Shown here piece by piece: positions 51,736 to 55,737 of a stretch of 55,737 nucleotides of DNA. The stretch is from the IMG/VR virus record IMGVR_UViG_3300043753_000025, positions 1 to 55,737 of that record. One strand, given 5' to 3'. A program made the translations under genes and the position numbers. The notes below the pieces were generated by a model, which was given only the letters and a program-made list of their open reading frames with translations, searched no databases and was not told the DNA's origin. The stretch comes from a virus. Lineage: Duplodnaviria; Caudoviricetes. The stretch's first letter is position 1. Each line of letters begins with the position of its first letter.

Positions 51736-53312
51736 GGAGACCTCCTCACCGCACCACGCTCGGGCACATCGTCGTCGGGATCGGGATCGTCGGGGGCGGG
51801 TGCGACTGCGTACCGGCCGGCGAACGGCTGCTTCAGCTCCTGCTCGGCCTCGGCCTCCGGCCCACCGCCGACGTCCGGGAAGCGCGGGCCGCTGCCCAGG
51901 TTGAGCAGCAGGTAGCGCAGCGCGTCGGCCAGGTGGTCGTCGGCAGCGCTGTCGATGTCTTCGGGGTCGCCCTTCGTTGCGAAGGGCAGCGCGGGCAGGT
52001 CCCGGACGAAGTTCGTGCAGGACGAGAAGACGTGCAGGAGCGGGCACTCCTCCAGCCCGAGCTCGCGGTGGATCGGGCAGGCCGGCGCATCGGCCAGGTA
52101 GGAGCGGAGCCGCTGCCAGCCCGCAACCCGGCCGCCCTTGCCCGCCTCCGTCAGGTGCGCACCCTGTTCGGTGTAGACCTTGGCGATCGGCTTGGCGTCG
52201 CCTCTGGTCGCCCACATGGCGTCGTCGGCCCAACGGATGGCCACGTGCTCGCCCTGCTCGGCGTCCAGGATACGGCGGGCCTGGTCGGTCTCACCGACCT
52301 TGCTGGCCTTGATCTCCCGATACAGCCATGCTCGGCCGTCCTCGTCGATCGCGCACCAGACGACGGCCCACGGTGCGGTGTAGCCCCAGTCGACGCCGGC
52401 GTAGCGGCGCCAGCTCTCGGGGATGCTGAACGGCTCGACGACGTGCCGGTCCTGGGACCACTCGGGGAACGCTTGACCGGCGAAAACATCCCAGTCGCCA
52501 TTCAAAAAGGCCTTGCGCATGGTCTCGCCGAGCGAGGTCAAGTCCTGGGCGTACTCGGCGTTGATGTGGGGGTTGTCGGCGAGTTTGGACGGGATGAACC
52601 GGACGGTCCGGCCGCGCATGTCGGTGTGGACGCGCCGGCCGTAGTCGGTGGCGTCCACGTACCGCTGCTTGACGGTGCCATGACCCGGCCCGCCGGGGTT
52701 GGTCCCGGACCGGACGCCGAGCACTGGAATGTCCGTGCGCGCCGACCGGAGCCGGGTTTCCAGGAAGGCGACCACGTCCGGGCTGGTCAAGGTCAACTCG
52801 TCGAAGATGAGCAGCTGGTAGGCGCCACCCTGTCGGCGGGTCGCGTCCTTCACGTTCTCGGCGTACCGGAACATGATCAACGACCGGTTGGGGAAGCGGA
52901 GTTCGTACTCGCTGGCCGACCAGACTGCGCCGAGCGCCGACGCGTAGCCGACGTTCGCGAGCTCGGCGAGCAGCGACTCCTTCAACTCGCCGTACGTCCG
53001 CCGGTAGGCGCCGACCCGCAGACCCGGGTACCGGACGCAGGCCCGGATCGCCTCCATGGTCAGCGCCTTGGACTTGCCTCCACCCAGCGCACCGCCGTAC
53101 ATGACCGCGAACTCGTCGGCCGAGTGGAACTCGGCCTGCCGCTCGGTCGGCGTGTAGCCGAGGAGTCCGAACACGTCGACGTTCCGGAGCCGTTCGGCCT
53201 CCAGGCGGTCGCGTTCCTCGACTAGGCGGCGGAGCTCAGTCAGGCGGGTCAGCTTCGCCGCGAGCAGCAACGAGTTGGCCGGTGAGGTCGGTGATGGCCG
53301 CGTCGATGGCAT
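51714..53312 (-). CDS. terL: Terminase large subunit (start uncertain)
   Basis: GGALGGGKS, LIFDE, TNPGGPGH, GVDWGY, DDHLADALRY. Confidence 0.95.
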   Translation of the reverse strand: MPSTRPSPTSPANSLLLAAKLTRLTELRRLVEERDRLEAERLRNVDVFGLLGYTPTERQAEFHSADEFAVMYGGALGGGKSKALTMEAIRACVRYPGLRVGAYRRTYGELKESLLAELANVGYASALGAVWSASEYELRFPNRSLIMFRYAENVKDATRRQGGAYQLLIFDELTLTSPDVVAFLETRLRSARTDIPVLGVRSGTNPGGPGHGTVKQRYVDATDYGRRVHTDMRGRTVRFIPSKLADNPHINAEYAQDLTSLGETMRKAFLNGDWDVFAGQAFPEWSQDRHVVEPFSIPESWRRYAGVDWGYTAPWAVVWCAIDEDGRAWLYREIKASKVGETDQARRILDAEQGEHVAIRWADDAMWATRGDAKPIAKVYTEQGAHLTEAGKGGRVAGWQRLRSYLADAPACPIHRELGLEECPLLHVFSSCTNFVRDLPALPFATKGDPEDIDSAADDHLADALRYLLLNLGSGPRFPDVGGGPEAEAEQELKQPFAGRYAVAPAPDDPDPDDDVPERGAVRRSPWASGPD

Positions 53313-53682
53313 CGATCGTCAGCTCCATCCGCGCCGGCGCCTTGAGGCCGAGTAGGTCGGCCTGCTGGTTGAGGATCCGGAGGGTGCTGTCGATCGCCTT
53401 GGTGTCGCCCTCTTCGACCTTGGGCCAGAGCGCGTTGATCATCGCCTCCAGTCGGTCGAGGGTGAGCTGGCGGTACTCCTCCAGGGGGATGGCCAGTTCG
53501 GCCACTGCCTTCTGGAGGCCGCGTCGGACGTCGTTGTAGGCGCTGGCCTTGGAGTCGAACCCGAGCTCGTCCGCGATCGTCTGCCAGCTCGCGCCTGCGA
53601 TCTTCATCTCGACCGCGGTGCGGCGGCGTTCGACGATCGGGACCTGGTGGGCGATGTCGCGGTTCGGCGGCCGGCGGCCCAT
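53236..53682 (-). CDS. terS: Terminase small subunit
   Basis: HTH ASWQTIADELG...; ...QADLLGL; overlaps terL start. Confidence 0.8.
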   Translation of the reverse strand: MGRRPPNRDIAHQVPIVERRRTAVEMKIAGASWQTIADELGFDSKASAYNDVRRGLQKAVAELAIPLEEYRQLTLDRLEAMINALWPKVEEGDTKAIDSTLRILNQQADLLGLKAPARMELTIDAIDAAITDLTGQLVAARGEADPPD

Positions 53683-53987
53683 CAGGCGGTGGTGGCCGCC
53701 GGGGGCTGGACGGCCTGCTCGACGGTGGTGGTGGCGTCGGCCGCGGCCTCGGTGGCGAGGTGCTCGGCGTCGTGGGTGGCCTCGGCGACGACGGGGCCAG
53801 CGGCGTGCTCGGCGTCGGCCTCGACGTGACGGGCGTCGGTGGCGGCGCCACTGGCCAGCTGACGGGCGTCACCGTCGAGCCGGGTGTGGATGGCGCGCAG
53901 CTCGGCGGCGGCCGGGTGGTCGGCACCCTCGAACTTCACGACCAGGTTGTGCAGGAGCTGGTGCAGCTTGTCGGCGATCTTGGACAT
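53682..53987 (-). CDS. Hypothetical protein
   Basis: GGGAG RBS; TGATG coupling to terS. Confidence 0.7.
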   Translation of the reverse strand: MSKIADKLHQLLHNLVVKFEGADHPAAAELRAIHTRLDGDARQLASGAATDARHVEADAEHAAGPVVAEATHDAEHLATEAAADATTTVEQAVQPPAATTA

Positions 53988-54001
53988 GAGGTCTCCCAGG
54001 G

Positions 54002-54265
54002 TCAGAGGTTGCGGCGGGTCTGGCGGAGGATCTCGGCGCCGTCGAAGGCGACGATGACGGTCAGGCCCGGCTCGGGTGCGTCCTCGGGCGGTGCCTGGAG
54101 GGTGTAGCTGAGCCACGCGTCGGGGGCGTAGCAGGCGTGCGGCTGCTGGTTCTTCGGCCCCTGCGTCAGCCAGAGGTAGCCGTTGCCGTCGACCTCGGTG
54201 AAATCGCAGTCCACGCTGTCGAGGCAGCCGTTGGGGGTGCGGACGTGGGCGATGAAGCGGGGCAT
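54002..54265 (-). CDS. Hypothetical protein
   Basis: GGAG RBS; 87 aa. Confidence 0.6.
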   Translation of the reverse strand: MPRFIAHVRTPNGCLDSVDCDFTEVDGNGYLWLTQGPKNQQPHACYAPDAWLSYTLQAPPEDAPEPGLTVIVAFDGAEILRQTRRNL

Positions 54266-54278
54266 GAAGGCTCCGGGG

Positions 54279-54458
54279 TCAGTCGTGGTCGTGGACGGCG
54301 GCGCCGAGGTCGTGCAGGTCGTCGTCCTGTTCGGCATCGCGGCGTTCCAGGGCGTCGAGGCGCTGGTTGATGCGCGCGAGGACCGTGGCGGCCCGGGCGA
54401 CGAGTCCGGCGAGCAGGACGACGGGGGCGACGACAGCGGCGATCTGGGTGAGCGTCAC
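54279..54458 (-). CDS. Small membrane protein
   Basis: GGGAGG RBS; VTLTQIAAVVAPVVLLAGLV... Confidence 0.6.
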   Translation of the reverse strand: MTLTQIAAVVAPVVLLAGLVARAATVLARINQRLDALERRDAEQDDDLHDLGAAVHDHD

Positions 54459-54550
54459 GGCGGCCTCCCTGCTGCTCAGGTGGTGCGGGCGCGGGTGCTG
54501 GGCACGGAGGCTCCAGGTGATGTGTGGGGAGTTCTGCCAGGGCCGCGCCC

Positions 54551-54627
54551 TGGTTGGCTCGGCAGGATTCGAACCTGCGACGCACGCCTTATGAGGGCGC
54601 TGCTCTACCGGGCTGAGCTACGAGCCA
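54551..54627 (-). tRNA. tRNA with CAU anticodon (elongator Met or Ile2)
   Basis: TGGCTCG/CGAGCCA acceptor, GCTC/GAGC D-stem, CT-CAT-AA loop, GCAGG TTCGAAT CCTGC, encoded ACCA. Confidence 0.93.
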
Positions 54628-54637
54628 GGAAACGACG

Positions 54638-54668
54638 AAGCCCCGCGCACCAGGTGGTGGCGGGGCCG
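54638..54668 (-). terminator. Terminator in late leader
   Basis: GGCCCCGC...GCGGGGCT then TCGTCGTTT. Confidence 0.6.
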
Positions 54669-54717
54669 AAGTCTGGTGGGCTGAGCGGTTTTTGGGCACG
54701 CTGAACACCCGCTGATG

Positions 54718-54748
54718 AGTATAGGGGGTCAGATCACGGTTTGGTCAA
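54718..54748 (-). promoter_or_regulatory. Putative late promoter TTGACC-19-TATACT
   Basis: Near-consensus hexamers upstream of tRNA/terminase operon; spacer unusually long. Confidence 0.6.
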
Positions 54749-54883
54749 GCCCTTCGATCTGCCAGCCAGCCCAGGGAAGCGCTCGATCATGTCGGCAGGC
54801 GTCGCGGTCGGGTTGGGATCGCCCTGGACGGCCCGCCACGCCGCTCGCCAGCCAGCAACGATCTCGCGGAGCACCGCCCTCAC
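54734..54883 (-). CDS. Small hypothetical protein
   Basis: GTGA overlap; VRAVLREIVAGWRAAW..., 49 aa. Confidence 0.4.
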   Translation of the reverse strand: MRAVLREIVAGWRAAWRAVQGDPNPTATPADMIERFPGLAGRSKGLTKP

Positions 54884-55107
54884 TCGTGGTCCCACGGGAT
54901 GGTGACCCAGTCGCCTGCCGTGATCATCTGGGCGCCGCCCGAGTTCCCGAAGCCAACCGTCTCCCCTTCGGCGAGGAGCGTGACCAGCTCGCTGGCGCTG
55001 GCGATGCTCTGCCCAGGGCCATCGCCGAGGTACTCGGGCTCATCCTTGTCGGGGGTGAAGCGGTACCACCCGGATCGCGGTGCAGTGAAGGTGACCATGC
55101 CCGTCAT
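54880..55107 (-). CDS. Hypothetical protein
   Basis: ATGA overlap; FTAPRSGWYRF. Confidence 0.6.
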   Translation of the reverse strand: MTGMVTFTAPRSGWYRFTPDKDEPEYLGDGPGQSIASASELVTLLAEGETVGFGNSGGAQMITAGDWVTIPWDHE

Positions 55108-55253
55108 TCTTCCCGGCCCGCCGGGCGCCCGTCACCCCACTTGCCGAGCACCAGGTCCTCGTGCTGGTCGTCGTGGCCGGCGGGCTGGTTGCAGATGACG
55201 CGGCAGGGCTCGTCGTGGAGGAGGATCAGGGCGGTGGCCGGGCAGTCGTCCAT
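55104..55253 (-). CDS. Small Cys/His protein
   Basis: MDDCPA...CNQPAGHDDQH...W; GGGAGG upstream. Confidence 0.55.
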   Translation of the reverse strand: MDDCPATALILLHDEPCRVICNQPAGHDDQHEDLVLGKWGDGRPAGREE

Positions 55254-55310
55254 GCCCAACATCCTCCCGCACGCGGTGGCGGTGGACCGAGTGCCGCGCC
55301 GGACAGCGAA

Positions 55311-55343
55311 GGGCCCCGCAGCTGCTGCTCACCTGCGGGGCCC
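55311..55343 (-). terminator. Terminator after DUF2637-like gene
   Basis: GGGCCCCGCAG...CTGCGGGGCCC then TTCGCT. Confidence 0.7.
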
Positions 55344-55357
55344 GGTCGGGGCGTCGC

Positions 55358-55737
55358 TCAGGGGGCGACGGCGGCCAGCTTGGTCGGCTCGGGCGGCAGC
55401 ATCGCCAGGTGCGGCTCGATCGCCTCGATCGCGGCCCGGAGGATCTGGCGGCAGGTGGAGCCGCCTGGCCAGTTCCCGGTGGCGGCGTGCACGGCGGAGC
55501 GCATGGACTCGGTGCCGGGGCGGTAGCCGCCGTTGTAGAGCTCGCGGATCGCCTCAAGCGCGGGGGTGGCGTAGGTGGGTCGGGTGGGCGGCTGGGCGGG
55601 CATGGGCGGGATGGCCGGGGTGGCGACGGCCGTCACGACGGGCGTCAGCGACTCCTCGACGTGCGGCAGGGACGCCCGCTCCGGGCCCGGGCCGGACGGC
55701 GTGGGGTGGCCGGTCAGCGCCCTGTAGATCTGCCTCA
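55358..55737 (-). CDS. DUF2637/SpdA-like protein, 3' part (joins 1..527)
   Basis: Same frame across circular junction; stop at 55358. Confidence 0.75.
   Translation of the reverse strand, partial: RQIYRALTGHPTPSGPGPERASLPHVEESLTPVVTAVATPAIPPMPAQPPTRPTYATPALEAIRELYNGGYRPGTESMRSAVHAATGNWPGGSTCRQILRAAIEAIEPHLAMLPPEPTKLAAVAP
55611..55737. repeat. Terminal overlap copy 2
   Basis: Identical to 1-127. Confidence 0.97.

Overview
The window is a complete, circularly assembled temperate siphovirus genome of a very high-GC actinomycete, probably a streptomycete-type host (inference from GC, leaderless promoters, WhiB, a BldN-like sigma and DUF5753/DUF6879-like genes). Bases 1-127 are identical to 55611-55737 (assembly overlap; unique length 55,610 bp) and one gene reads through that junction. 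Most genes are on the minus strand. Early/replication/accessory genes (21426 down to 1, wrapping to 54734) include Cro, Xis, RecE/RecT-like, DnaQ-like exonuclease, WhiB, a replication initiator with internal iterons, a PAPS-reductase-like protein, an ECF sigma, LuxR and a permuted NlpC/P60. The late operon (54.7 kb down to 31.3 kb) has a tRNA(CAU), TerS, TerL, portal, head, tail and lysis genes. The immunity/integration module (repressor, tyrosine integrase, intact attP carrying the 3' half of tRNA-Val(UAC)) is on the plus strand at 21.6-24.1 kb. The most striking element lies directly beside attP: a 66-aa secreted pro-peptide with two DTSWGT copies (different codons) divergently paired with a TrmB-like/LuxR-HTH regulator, with a 20-bp palindrome between them and a hairpin-dense 265-nt tract downstream. 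This is a candidate arbitrium-analogous, non-RRNPP phage peptide communication system. Family assignments come from motif recognition only; no database searches were run.
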